A stretch of 33,471 nucleotides of DNA from Catajapyx aquilonaris (GCA_000934665.2 KZ539100.1:1-33471), one strand, 5' to 3'; positions 11,496 through 23,137 are shown, counted from the stretch's first letter. The notes: a model not told the origin generated them from the sequence alone. A program made the numbers and translations.

Positions 11496-12012
11496 CCCTG
11501 TAACCGTGCCATGGGGTCTTTTTGGACCCCAAGGAAAAAATGCATGTAAATGATAATTACAATGAACGTCTGCCATTTTTTTTACAGTATGACCGAAGCA
11601 GGTTGGCATAGTGGATAAAAGGCGTCCGACTGCTAATCGGGAGGTCCTGGGTTCGAATCCCAGGGCAGGCAACCTTGGCCGTGGTTTTCTGTGGTTTTCC
11701 ACGGTCTTTCTACGATAATTCCGGGGTCGCTTCCATACAATAGGCCACAGTCCCTTCCTTTCCTATCCTTGGAGGTTGAATGGCAAATGCTGGGCCAACC
11801 TCCTTAAAAATATCAATTAAAGTATATAACAGGAAGTGCAGGTTTATTTTGAATTAGTGATCCTTTTAGGCATTGTTCAAAGAATGATTGTATATAGTCA
11901 ATACATTGAAAATTATTATATAAGAATTAATTGAAATAAAAATATGGTGGGGTCCGAAAAGACCCCACGGCACAGTTGCCGTAATACTCGTAGGTACGGC
12001 ACGGTTCCAGGG
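11496..12012. mobile_element. piggyBac-type non-autonomous element
   Basis: TTAA on both sides; TIR CCCTGTAACCGTGCC / GGCACGGTTCCAGGG (14/15); asymmetric subterminal inverted repeat GGGGTCTTTTTGGACCCC / GGGGTCCGAAAAGACCCC. Confidence 0.88.
11594..11812 (+). mobile_element. tRNA-derived SINE nested in the piggyBac MITE
   Basis: A box TGGCATAGTGG (11604-11614); anticodon-like stem-loop TCCGA-CTGCTAA-TCGGG; T arm CTGGG-TTCGAAT-CCCAG (B box); no acceptor stem; SINE-like body GGTTTTCTGTGGTTTTCC...AGGCCAC..CTTCC; ends approximate. Confidence 0.8.
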
Positions 12013-12359
12013 TTAAATTTAAAAATTGTGAAAAGCATGACCATAACAACACAATCTGAACATAAGCACAACACTTCAACACTTTTGAGTCCAACCCGCA
12101 CGAACATGAAATAATCATATTTTTTGTCTTTCGTGGTGGCTTATTGTGGCGGGGTCTATCGATAAATACAGTGCCGCATTGTTGGTCCTCATCGGAACGC
12201 TCCAAAGCCTGTTAAATGCCATGTCCAGAGCACGAAAATCATGATCCATCGCAATGATCAATATTACAAATTATGACAGCCTGGTTGTGAAACTGCCAAG
12301 AAAGATTTCATGTATACTTTGCTCAAGCCAGGCTGATAATAATGCCTACGGTAAAAGCC

Positions 12360-12517
12360 TGAGCAAGACCTGCAACTGCAACAAAAGATTTTCTGGCTCA
12401 CCTCACAAGCTAATGGTTTATCTTTCAATTCTTTCTGTTCGGATTCGCATGTGCCTTTTCAAATCACTTGAATGACGAAATTATTTTCTGGCACACTTCA
12501 CAACTAAATAGATTTAT
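12360..12517 (-). pseudogene. Decayed zinc-finger repeats downstream of the gene B stop
   Basis: After TGA the sequence continues TGTGAAGTGTGCCAGAAA...AAGGCACATGCGAATC...AAACCATT..TGTGAGGTGAGCCAGAAA with indels. Confidence 0.75.
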
Positions 12518-13570
12518 TCATGTATGAATTCGCATGTGCTGTTTCAAATGACCTGGATGATTAAATTTTTTGTGGCACACTTCACAAACATATGGTTTTT
12601 CTCCTGTGTGAACATGCATGTGATATTTCAAACTACTTGAAACACCAAATGTTTTCTGGCACACCTCACACTTAAATGGTTTATCTTCTGTATGATTTCG
12701 CATGTGAATTTTCAATGCACTTGATTCACGAAAGTTTTTCTGGCACACCTCACAAGTAAATGGTTTTTCTCCCGTATGAATTCGCATGTGCTTTTTCAAT
12801 GCACTTGAATCACGAAATTTTTTCTGGCACACCTCACAGGTGAATGGCTTTTCTCCTGTATGAATTTGCATGTGATTCTTCAATCTACTTGAATCACATA
12901 AGATTTTCTGGCACACCTCACAAGCGAATGGGTTCTCCCCAGTATGAATTCGCATGTGATTCTTCAATGTACCTGAATTACTAAATTTTTCCTGGCACAC
13001 CTCACAGGTAAATGGTTTTTCTCCTGTATGAATTCGCATGTGCTTTTTCAATGTACTTGCAACACTAAATTTTTTCAGGCACACATCACAAGTGAATGGT
13101 TTTTCTCCTGTGTGAATTTGCATGTGATTCTTCAATCTACTTGAATCACACAATGTTTTCTGGCACACCTCACAGGTGAATGGATTATCTCCGGTATGAA
13201 TTAGCACGTGGACTTTCAACTTACTTGATTCACGAAATTTTTTCTGGCACACCTCACAAGTAAATGGTTTTTCTCCATGAATTCGCATGTGCTTTCTCAA
13301 TGCACTTGAATTGCTAAACTCTTTCTGGCACACCTCACAAGGAAATGGTTTTTCTCCTGTATGGATTTGATTGTGAGACTTCAGCTGAGTTGAATCTTCA
13401 AAAGTGCTTTTACTATGAATCATCATGTGAAGTTTCAAATCGATATGCGTACCAAAATGTTTCCGGCATATTCTGCACTGAAATGGATTATTTCCATCAC
13501 ATTTTCCCCTGTCCGTGTCCTCTTGGATGCCATTCTCTTCAACTCCATCTTCAGTTTCCACTTGCACAAC
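12518..13570 (-). CDS. ZNF gene B, finger exon (11 intact plus 1 broken C2H2 finger); spliced protein about 430 aa
   Basis: Acceptor TTCCAG|GTT at 13571/13570, phase 0; open array with TGEKPF linkers. Confidence 0.92.
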   Translation of the reverse strand, partial: VVQVETEDGVEENGIQEDTDRGKCDGNNPFQCRICRKHFGTHIDLKLHMMIHSKSTFEDSTQLKSHNQIHTGEKPFPCEVCQKEFSNSSALRKHMRIHGEKPFTCEVCQKKFRESSKLKVHVLIHTGDNPFTCEVCQKTLCDSSRLKNHMQIHTGEKPFTCDVCLKKFSVASTLKKHMRIHTGEKPFTCEVCQEKFSNSGTLKNHMRIHTGENPFACEVCQKILCDSSRLKNHMQIHTGEKPFTCEVCQKKFRDSSALKKHMRIHTGEKPFTCEVCQKNFRESSALKIHMRNHTEDKPFKCEVCQKTFGVSSSLKYHMHVHTGEKPYVCEVCHKKFNHPGHLKQHMRIHT

Positions 13571-13745
13571 CTGGAATATGAATTACAGTACATCAATATT
13601 GATTATGCAGTGTAGATATAGAGCGATGCTTTCCATCTGCTTTGGTCATTTGGAAGGTACTCCTTATTACCAAGGGCTCAATTGAGGTTGTCTCACAGAT
13701 CCACATATTGAACAATCTAAGATTTCAGTGTAACTATATGATCTG

Positions 13746-14374
13746 TATGGGTGCAAGTCAATAAAGAATGAGAATGAATTAATTATTCACGGCATACACT
13801 AAGTAGGGTCCAGGTTGATATGGTGTTTCTCGGAATAGTCCCCACTGAGTTGTATCGAGTGCTTTCGTCAGATGTGTTCAGCCAGTACCTTCAAATCTGT
13901 CACGTAATTCTCATCAGTGACTGTTGCGTTCAGGGCACTTCATTTTGGTGAACCATTTCCCGGGATTCAGAGAATGTAATGGTCATTACATTTCCTGTTG
14001 ACCGAACAACCTCGGGCCTCCTTCAGTGTCAGAGAACTGTGTGATTTTCAGACTGAGCTCGCCTGTTTGCATTAGAAATTGCAGTGGTGAAGCCAACTCT
14101 AAACACCAGTAATGATGGAATTCAGGCAGGCCTCGCTGTGCTCTGCTTTCAGATGTTGAAGCGTCCTGCTCATCCCGAACATACTCCATTTTTCGTTGGC
14201 GAATTCCCACCATGCGGTGCAATGCTCTCCGAAGCATGTACATAAGAGCTCACAATTTTTTTCACCAACCCATGAGATCTGACTTTTCCCCCCCAAAAAG
14301 TGCTTGGCTGCCGTATATCTCTACAACATGATCCGTAGAAAATACATTCTCATCTTTATTGACTTGCCCTGGTA
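13746..14374 (-). mobile_element. Internally deleted mariner/Tc1 element
   Basis: Inverted termini GCAAGTCAATAAAG(A)ATGAGAATG / CATTCTCATCTTTATTGACTTGC with flanking TA; remnants resembling a mariner transposase N-terminus (FGEHC....KWSMF...RT; TVTDEN; LNSIITG). Confidence 0.65.
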
Positions 14375-15005
14375 TGTTGCAATTCTAAAAAAAAATGCCT
14401 GCTTTTTAGCTATTTTCAAAATTTAGCGATTTTTCCCTTCCCCATGGTACTTCACAATGTGGCTGAAACTTGATACCGTATTACCTCTCATAAAGCGGTG
14501 TATGCAAGTTCTCTTGCATAGTGCATATAAAAAATGTAGAGCATGTGACCAATCATATCCTTAGCCTGCTTTGACAGGGGAATCCCCTGCTCTAACTTAC
14601 TGTTTAGATAGTATTGCCAGACACTGCAATTGAAAGCAATATAGGCTACCATATTAGGAAAATGTGCCTTTTCAATTACATTAATTTCGATTTTCAGGCA
14701 AATGTCAAGTTTGGAAAGGATAATGCCACTTATGTGAAAACCTCGCCTTATACCGGCCGACCTCGCCTCATACCGCATGCCGGTATAGGCACCAGATGAG
14801 GCATTTCTAAAAACTGGTCCACCTCGACTACACTGGCATGCTGCTTCATGAGAGGGAATATGATATTAATTGTTACGGCATAGCTGTGTACAGCTGCAAT
14901 TTTGAAATACCAAAATGGCGTATAGTCTGGCAAATTTTGGCCCACTTGATTCAAAATGACCCGGATATTTAGAGGATTTTGGTTTTTCAAGTGCCACAAG
15001 GTTAA

Positions 15006-15960
15006 CCCTTAACTAGTGACCTGGAAAATCCTAACACTCACGGTGACCTGGGGTGTTTCAAGACCCAAGGGGATTTTTAAAAATATAAATTGCAATAATT
15101 TGCTTTTTAATTCTGTTACACAACACCTGCAACTGTTTTCTACAATTTGGTATAATTTTCAACTCTCTAGCTGCCGTAGAACGGAATTTAAAAAATCATA
15201 TACCTAACTACAATGGGGAACTAGCCTTCATTTTGGAAACTACATAATAAATTCGCCCATATTTTTTGGATTTTTTTGGCATATTCCGTTTTAAGATATC
15301 AGTTTCAGTTCTGGAGTAATTGGGGTTTTTATGTAGGCTGCTGGTGACGTCACTGTCAGCCTAGAAAATGTTGACGTCACGCGAAGTGAAATGAACGCAA
15401 AAATGGTGTTATAGAACGCGCCCCGTCATTGTTGTAAAATGCTTCGCTGTTGTTAGCAACCGTCCCATTCCGTGAGCAAGATAGCGGCCGGGGCGCGTAT
15501 TTATTCCAGGTCGCTCAAGACGCTTTGTACATGGCAGTGATGCCACCAGGTCGGAATTATCTGTCACCCGAATTCGACACATGAAGGCCCCCTTTCTCCA
15601 CCTCGATGGCCTACAGCCGCCTTGCGAATGCTTTCCGTCGTGTCCGCGGTTAATTCAAAGTCAAATTCCTCATATCTCGCAGTCAACCAGGCATTTCAGT
15701 GTACCCTTTCGAATGGCACCACCCGGCTGCCCCGTTTTTCCCGCCAATTTTGAAGGCACTTTTAAATGTGCCGTAATTTATCCAGTAATGTCATTTTGAT
15801 GCAACAGAGTGATGGAATGTATGTTTACAGGCATGGGCTAGCTAGTTATGAACAAAAATCCCAAATCCCAGACCAAGGCTACTTCCCCATTAAACATTTT
15901 ATTTAAAAAAAAAAAAATTGCACCTGGGGTGTTGAAAGACCCCAGGTCACCAGTTAAGTG
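15006..15960. mobile_element. piggyBac-type non-autonomous element in the gene B intron
   Basis: TTAA at 15002-15005 and 15961-15964; TIR CCCTTAACTAGTGACCTGG / CCAGGTCACCAGTTAAGTG (17/19); asymmetric internal repeat GGTGACCTGGGGTGTTTCAAGACCC. Confidence 0.85.
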
Positions 15961-16141
15961 TTAAAAATAAAGTTCAGACAGAAGGAATGGTCATTAAAGC
16001 TCATTATGAGTTACGAGTGACCTAATAAGGAACACGGAAATAGCAGTAAATATCCATGGACAAAAACTGCGTCCCTTATTGGTGTAATCTGGTGTGACTT
16101 GACTTGAGTGTAAAATATTGCATTTTCTGCTGATAATGTAC

Positions 16142-16381
16142 CCCACTAGTCCTTCCTGATTCAACTGCCAAAGGGTCCGCTTCATCCTCAACCTCCCTTG
16201 ACATGTCCACCAGCATCTCTTCCTCCTCCTCCGCTTCCTCCTTTTTGACTTCACAAAGGGTGTCTTCTATATCATCAAAGGAAGACGGCACTTCCTCCTT
16301 CAACGGCAGCCTCCAAGTCTCATCATCTTCCTCCACCTCCTCCTCCGCTTCCTCCTTCTTGATCTTCACGATGAAAGACAT
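16142..16381 (-). CDS. ZNF gene B, first coding exon (80 aa acidic domain)
   Basis: TTTGCAG|GACC-ATG; MSFIVKIKKEE...ETWRLPLKEE...EADPL; donor GG|GTACAT (weak but at the homologous position) at 16141; phase 0. Confidence 0.82.
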
Positions 16382-16702
16382 GGTCCTGCAAACACAAAGA
16401 GTGGAGGTCATTATGCCAAGTGTAGCATCCCCAATCAAGGCAATTGGAAAGAAGGAACATTCTCTCTGATGAGAGGTGTGTGGGCACAGGGAACAAGCTA
16501 ATCAGACAGGCACGCACTGATGATCACCACTCCACTCGCCCTTCTTCTCCTTCCTTCCTTCCTTCCCTCCCCAGTCCACACCACCCTTCAGAAGAGGCCC
16601 AAAAAGTCGACCGAACCGAATCCAGGGAATGAGACGGGTTGAAACGAGTTCCATTCACTCTCTCTCTCTGGACAACAAACTTCCAGATCGAATCAATATT
16701 GT

Positions 16703-16863
16703 TCAGGCGGCCATCTTTCTTTTCTTTTTCTTTTTTTTTATGCAAATGAGGGTGCGTTCCTGTCGCCACACACCGGAGAGTTGGAAGGACGGGCTTATGC
16801 GCTATTCATCCGCTCTAAAGAATCGCCGCTACTCGTAACGGCTGTTATCGGCTAATAGCTCTT
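16703..16863 (-). promoter_or_regulatory. Conserved promoter/5' cassette of gene B
   Basis: Same motif order as in genes A, C and D. Confidence 0.7.
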
Positions 16864-17593
16864 TTCGTCATTCATTCATTCGCGGTTCCGACGGGACACA
16901 CTTTTCTCTAGTTTATATGGGGACATGTGGATGTCCTTTTTCCCGACATTTGCAGTTCATCTGCTTGCGACAGGAAAATGAACCATTGAAAGATGGATAA
17001 TGCAAATCAAATGAAGAGTTGCAACAACATTCTCATATACCAATAATAATTATTTTGTGCCAAATCAACCCATCTCCAATAATCTGGCATCTATGAAATT
17101 ATAATGGCAGCTTTTTTCCTATTAACAATTTCCATTAAATATTTAATCGCAAAGGTATCGGACATGCAAATGCTCTATTATGCTATTCTGTGCCTCAGTT
17201 GTCAGAGACAGCATAATTATTGTGATATTTTCCTATGTTTAAAGAAAAAGAGCTAATGCGCGAAAGGAATTGTTTATGCATTTCTGAATAGGGCATGATC
17301 CAAGGGATCTGTTGTCATACCATAATTGGGAATGTAGAGTGACTCATCTAGCTACTACACAGTCCTCACAGGAAGACAAGGTTCCACTCAACACAAGTTT
17401 ATTGTCCATCCTTGCTTTGGTGAGCTCGGATTACAAGTGGCCCCTCCTGGGCCCGTCTTCCTCTCCACCCGATGAAAAGGGAGGGAGGGAAGTGGTCCCC
17501 CCTGGGGTATGGGACGTCACAGTTTATGTTCCTATGCACTGTTCCTGGTGAATTCTCAACTTACATAAATTACGAAATTTTGTCTGGCACACC

Positions 17594-19021
17594 TCACAAG
17601 TTTTCTCTTGTATGAATTCGCATGTGAACCTTCAAGGTACTTGAATCACGAAAGTTTTTCTGGCACACCTCACAAGCGAATGGTTTTTCTCCTGTATGAA
17701 TTCGCACGTGAATTTTCAAATGACTTGAATGACGAAATTTTTTCTGGCAGACCTCACAAGTAAAGGGTTTTTCTCCTGTATGGATACGCATGTGAATTTT
17801 CAACGGACCTAATTGAGTAAATTTTGTCTGGCACACCTCACAAGTGAATGGTTTTTCTCCTGTATGAATTCGCATGTGAATCTTCAAGTTACTTGAATCA
17901 CGGAATTTTTTCTGGCAGACCTCACAAGTAAATGGTTTGTCTCCTGTATGAATTCGCATGTGAATCTTCAAGTTACTTGAATCACGGTATTTTTTCTGGC
18001 ACACTTTACAGGTAAATGGTTTTTCTCCTGTATGAATTCGCATGTGAACCTTCAAAGTACGTGAAGAACGAAATTTTTTCTGGCATACTTTACAAGTAAA
18101 TGGTTTTTCTCCTGTATGAACTCGAACATGAGTTTTCAAACCAAGTGAATCACTGAATTTTTTCTGGCACATCTCACAAGTAAAGGGTTTTTCTCCTGTA
18201 TGAACTCGAACATGAGTTTTCAAACAAAGTGAATCACGGAAATTTTTCTGGCACATCTCACAAGTAAATGGTTTTTCTCCTGTATGAATTCGCATGTGAA
18301 TTTTCAACTTATCTAAATAACTAAATTTTGTCTGACACACCTCACAAGTGAATGGTTTTTCTCCTGTATGAATTCGCATGTGAGTCTTCAAGTTACTTGA
18401 ATCACAGCATTTTTTCTGGCACACCTCACAGGTAAATGGTTTTTCTCCTGTATGAACTCGAACGTGAGTTTTCAAACCAAATGAATCACGAAATCTTTTC
18501 TGGCACACCTCACAAGTAAAGCGTTTATCTCCTGTATGAATTCGCTTGTGACTGTTCAACTTACCTAAATGACTAAATTTTTTCTGGCACGTCTCACAAG
18601 TGAACGGTTTGTCTCCTGTATGAATTCGCATGTGAACGTTCAAGTTACTAGAATCATTAAATTTTTTGTGGCACACATCACAAGTGAATGGTTTTTCTCC
18701 TGTATGAATGCGCATGTGCTTTTTCAAAACAGTTTGACATTTAAATTTTTTCTGGCACACCTCACAAGCAAATGCCCCCTTGACTGGATGAGTTCGATTG
18801 TGAGACTTCAGCTGAGTCGAATCATCAAATTCTATCTGGCAAATGTGGCAATAAGTGCTTTTACTATGAATCATCATGTGCAATTTCAAATCATGCTGGG
18901 TGCCAAAAGGTTTCTGGCATATGCTGCACTGAAATGGATTATTTCTAAGGCATATTCCTCCGCTCCTTTCCTCTTGCATCTCATTCTCTGCAACTCCATC
19001 TTCACTTGTCATGTGCACCAC
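17594..19021 (-). CDS. ZNF gene C, finger exon (16 C2H2 fingers); spliced protein about 566 aa
   Basis: Acceptor TTTCAG|GTG at 19022/19021, phase 0; open array. Confidence 0.93.
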   Translation of the reverse strand: MVHMTSEDGVAENEMQEERSGGICLRNNPFQCSICQKPFGTQHDLKLHMMIHSKSTYCHICQIEFDDSTQLKSHNRTHPVKGAFACEVCQKKFKCQTVLKKHMRIHTGEKPFTCDVCHKKFNDSSNLNVHMRIHTGDKPFTCETCQKKFSHLGKLNSHKRIHTGDKRFTCEVCQKRFRDSFGLKTHVRVHTGEKPFTCEVCQKKCCDSSNLKTHMRIHTGEKPFTCEVCQTKFSYLDKLKIHMRIHTGEKPFTCEMCQKNFRDSLCLKTHVRVHTGEKPFTCEMCQKKFSDSLGLKTHVRVHTGEKPFTCKVCQKKFRSSRTLKVHMRIHTGEKPFTCKVCQKKYRDSSNLKIHMRIHTGDKPFTCEVCQKKFRDSSNLKIHMRIHTGEKPFTCEVCQTKFTQLGPLKIHMRIHTGEKPFTCEVCQKKFRHSSHLKIHVRIHTGEKPFACEVCQKNFRDSSTLKVHMRIHTRENL

Positions 19022-19049
19022 CTGAAATGTAAATGACAGGACATTAATT

Positions 19050-19770
19050 TCTATTAAGAAGTATGGAAAGTATGAAGCTTTCCACCTGATTTTAGCATTT
19101 GGAAGACATTCCTTATTACAAAAGCTCGAGGGATTGTCTCACAGATCCTCTGATTGTAGAGACGCATGTAAGGAGAGTACACTATCAGCTCTGCACGCCT
19201 CAAGGTCAACACAGAGTGCAATGCGATATTCTTCACGCTTGGTCCCAATTGAACAACCCAGACAACATCTTCCCGTGCACCCAGGAGCTTAAGGTGAGAA
19301 TAACAACTGCCATAAGTGCTAAACCAGACATACCAGCACTGCCTGAATCCCAATAAACTGGCTCCAAATGGGACTAATGCCTATTCACAAAAAAGGCGAT
19401 CCTTCCCATCCAATGTCTTTGCTCAAAAATAAGTTATTCAAAAAGTCGTCTAATAACAATTACACTAACAAGTAGACTATCTACTTTTCTTGGAAACCAT
19501 AACTTATAACTGAATGAACAAAATGGATTTAGACCCTCTATATCTGCTAACAAACACACATTTTCCCTGTCCACGTGCTCTCCCAACTTAAAACCAACAA
19601 AAAAACTGGATTGTTTACCGCATTTAGTGACATAATAAAACAAGCATTTGATTCATTCGATCACATTCACCTCATCAAGTTATCAAACATGCGTTTATCA
19701 ACCATATTAGCCTACAGTCCTACAGCAAGTTTAATGGGCGCTCCTTTACACTTGTCGGTAACTACAGAAT
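19050..19770. mobile_element. Old LINE remnant in the gene C intron
   Basis: + strand RT traces (PIHKKGD, GFRPS, LFTAFSD..QAFDS); shared with the gene A intron. Confidence 0.65.
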
Positions 19771-20495
19771 AGTTCTTTTTCTGGTGTATTTGGCGAGAAG
19801 GAAACTGAAAAAAAAAATGGAGGATTTTTTTTTTTGGTCCCGTGTAATTTATGAATGAGCTATAATTTCGCATTTCCGATGCATTTCATTGATCAGTATG
19901 CAGTAGTCTGGCCCACGGCCTATTACTCAGGTCGCGCAACTCCCTCCCCCTAAGCGTGAGCCACCGTGCCGTCCCTCCACAAAGCACTACTCCGGGCCTT
20001 GTTCAGGTGGCTGGCTCTGTGACTTTCCCTACTGACCCAGCTGCATTGGAAAGAATGGCTTAGGTGGGTTCAGAAAAGTGTCCGCCCGAACGTGATCCTA
20101 AAAGTAGTGCTCTGTGGAGTGACGCCAGCTCCAAATAGAACCTTCTCCTGTGGGGGGTAGCGCAACTAAGATCACGGCCTTCACCATATGGCTAGATAGG
20201 GAGTTGCAGGGGCCTGGTCTGGGCTAAAGGCATACAACAAGCAGAAGACATTGTGAATTCATAGCAAAATGATGATCCACACTCTCTGACAGAAAAAAAC
20301 ACTTTTCCAATAAAATAGGAAAATATCATGCGGATGTTTCAAGGGGAACAATTTACATCAATAAGTGGCTGAATAAGCAGAGCTGGAGGGTGGCTATTCC
20401 CAAAGCATCTTTCCAAGCCTGGTTGCTAGATTTGGATTGATGATTTGGTGGCACATGATCGTAAAATTATGCTGCAATTTCAGCAGTTTACTTAC

Positions 20496-20768
20496 ACCAC
20501 TACTTCCAGAACCTCCCGCTAAAGGGTCGTCCACATCTTCAACCACCCTAGGGATGGCCACCACCATCTCCTCCTCCTCCTCCTCCGCTTCCTCCTTCTT
20601 GACCTCACAAAGGGTGTCTTCCACGAGCGCAGTACACTCATTGTCCAGCCATGGCGATGGTGCTTCCTCCTCCTCCTTCACCCTCAGCCTCCAACTCTCC
20701 TCGTCCACTGTGATGTCCTCCTCCTCCTTCACTTCCTCCTCCTTCTTTATCTTCAGGATGAAAGACAT
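20496..20768 (-). CDS. ZNF gene C, first coding exon (91 aa acidic domain)
   Basis: TTTGCAG|GGCC-ATG; donor GT|GTAAGT at 20495; phase 0; UTR-intron donor GTGAGT at 20937. Confidence 0.88.
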
Positions 20769-21140
20769 GGCCCTGCAAACACAAAGAGTGGAGGTCATGT
20801 ATAGTCACGTCAAGTGTTGCATCCCCAATCACGGTGGCTGAAGAGGAGGGAGGGACACTCTCTCTCCCAGAGAAGTGTGTGGGCAAAGAGATGCAAACCA
20901 GATGAGTCCATCCCTTTCCCTCCCGATCCCCACTCACCCTTCCCTCTTCTTCCTTCAGACTTCAACTCGCCCTTCCTCCTCCTCTAGTGTGCCAACCAAC
21001 GATGTGTGGACGAGAGGGGAAGTGGGAAGAGTCCCTCCCCCGTCTGGGGTTCCAATGGAATCCAGGGGACAGTGAGACGGGTTCAAACAGAGTTACATTC
21101 ACCCGAAAGAAGAAGAGAGAGAATCGGGACAGAATAAAGT

Positions 21141-21268
21141 TCAGGCGGCCATCTTTTTTATGCAAATGAGGGTGCGTTCCTGTCGCCACACCCCAGAGAG
21201 TGGAAGGACGGGCTTATCCGCTATTCCCCCCTCGCCAGTCGCCGCTACTGGTGACGCTGCTATGCGCC
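21141..21268 (-). promoter_or_regulatory. Conserved promoter/5' cassette of gene C
   Basis: Same motif order; homology with gene D continues to about 21635 / 27815. Confidence 0.7.
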
Positions 21269-23137
21269 TTGAACAAATAAAAGCTCCATGGGCAATACAG
21301 TAGTACTCTTAATGGCAACTAGGTCAATGACGAGCAATTTTATGAGTCGGACATTATGAGAAAAATATTTCATAATGAGTACCAATGATTGTGACGCAGG
21401 GAATGCAATTATGCGGTTTATTTCCACACGAGTTCATGATCTGAATAATATCATGACAGATACCATATGACCTGTGACCTAATTCGACATCATCTGAACC
21501 GCTTCATTCATCCCTGTTCCATCCAACAAGCCCGTCAGCGTGTCCCCTAACCTCAACACGTACTCGGATGCTCACGCAAGCAGGTTATAATATATTCTTC
21601 ACGTCCAGCATAATATATCTTTGCTTCTTTTGTACGTAGGTTATAATATCTGTGTGGCCGTAAGAGTGAGAAGTTATTGGCGCTGGCTTGGAACTTGACC
21701 AAAGTTACATTTCCTGAGCGGGAAGGGAATGGGTCTTCACAGCTGCCGGGCATGGTAAATAATGGCCCTGCGATGATTGAGAAAACTGTACACATGATGA
21801 ATACTGGTAATGCAAGGGTAATCAATGTCCTCATTTATTTAACTTCCTCTACATGTCTCTCTTAGTTGAGCAGATTCATCTGCTGAATACTGATCCTGTT
21901 CTCACAATTTGTTTCTTATAATTATTATGTCCTATTTCTTCATATGGCTGATCGGGTGGTGCTGTGAACCGTCTCCCTCACATGGGCATCAGCCCCGCCC
22001 AGGTATAAATAAAAATCATGCTATCCAATCCCCTTAATCTGTCTGTCCGCTTGATTACATGATGATGCATCATCTGGGCAGTAGTTAACATAGCTTTCAC
22101 TTTCCACGTTCAACAATAATGGGACCCACTGCAGTGGAGGTGAGACACGCGCTGCTTATTAGCACCCTGGTGGGCTTTGTCCGCATGGTGACTCATCACC
22201 AACGTGCATGTAGTCATATACTTTCCCCCTGAGAGCGGCAGTATAGTGCCTGGACAGCCTGTGAGCCAACTGGTAGTGTCCGATTGTACTACATCCAAGT
22301 TGGGGAGTGGGCCAAGCATTGTTGCCAAGGTTTGGCAATGGGTCCGCCACTAGTAAGAAAATAAACATTGCTTTTTTAAGCGAATGACATACCCCACTTT
22401 TATTTCTGGACCATACTGCCCCAGGGTCATCTCCATATTTACCACCTCAGGCACATTGGCAAATTTCAGAACCTGGAGGTCTCCCTCCTGTATGAATTTT
22501 AATGCGACCTCTCGAATATTTTGCATCACAAAGGTTTTTCACTAATCAATGGCATATTTCCTGTATTATTGGGGTCCTACCCTTGGCCTGGGATTTGGGA
22601 ACGCTACACGAATAGCTCAACCATACATATAAACATCCACTCCACCACTTGTCGGCACCAAAATGTAATTCCTCGATAAATTATCGGGGGTTTAAAAGTC
22701 ACTCGAAAATTGGAGGGGAAAACGGGGCGCGGCCTAAAAAAGCGCATTCCCACTCCTGCCTAATACCAATAAGGTTACAACAGTGACGTCAGCAGGCCGT
22801 TGTCTCGCGGTCGTTTGATTCCGTGGTTAGGCAACAAACAAATTTCAAAGAAGCCCGCGGGTGCATTCCTGCCTCTGCACCGATCTTTTAACAACATTGA
22901 CGTCAGAGGCCAATACGATACCGTGTAATTATTATGATCTTGGATCGATCATAGGCATAGCTCGAAAACTAATATTTATTTCTTCAAACAAAAACACACC
23001 AAAATTAATTTAAAAGTGAGGAAGATTATTTACATGGGTTTCTAAAACGTAGGCTAGGACCCCATTGACATGAGATTTCCTATTATGTGCTAACAAAGCA
23101 AATGTTTATGGCCCAGCAAATAATAGACAGGTTTCTT

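Noticed and set aside
11597..11670. Possible tRNA-Ser(GCT) gene
   Set aside because: No acceptor-stem pairing and no long variable arm; continues into a SINE body.
17594..18800. Regularly spaced repeats resembling a CRISPR array
   Set aside because: These are 84-bp coding zinc-finger units in a eukaryotic context, with no cas genes.
19915..20182. Weak inverted termini (GGCC...GCGCAAC / GCGCAACTAAG...GGCC) in the gene C intron
   Set aside because: Match too degenerate and no clear TSD.
21553..21834. 93-aa ORF with a hydrophobic N-terminus
   Set aside because: No supporting motifs, and the partial paralogous copy near 27790 has frame-breaking indels.
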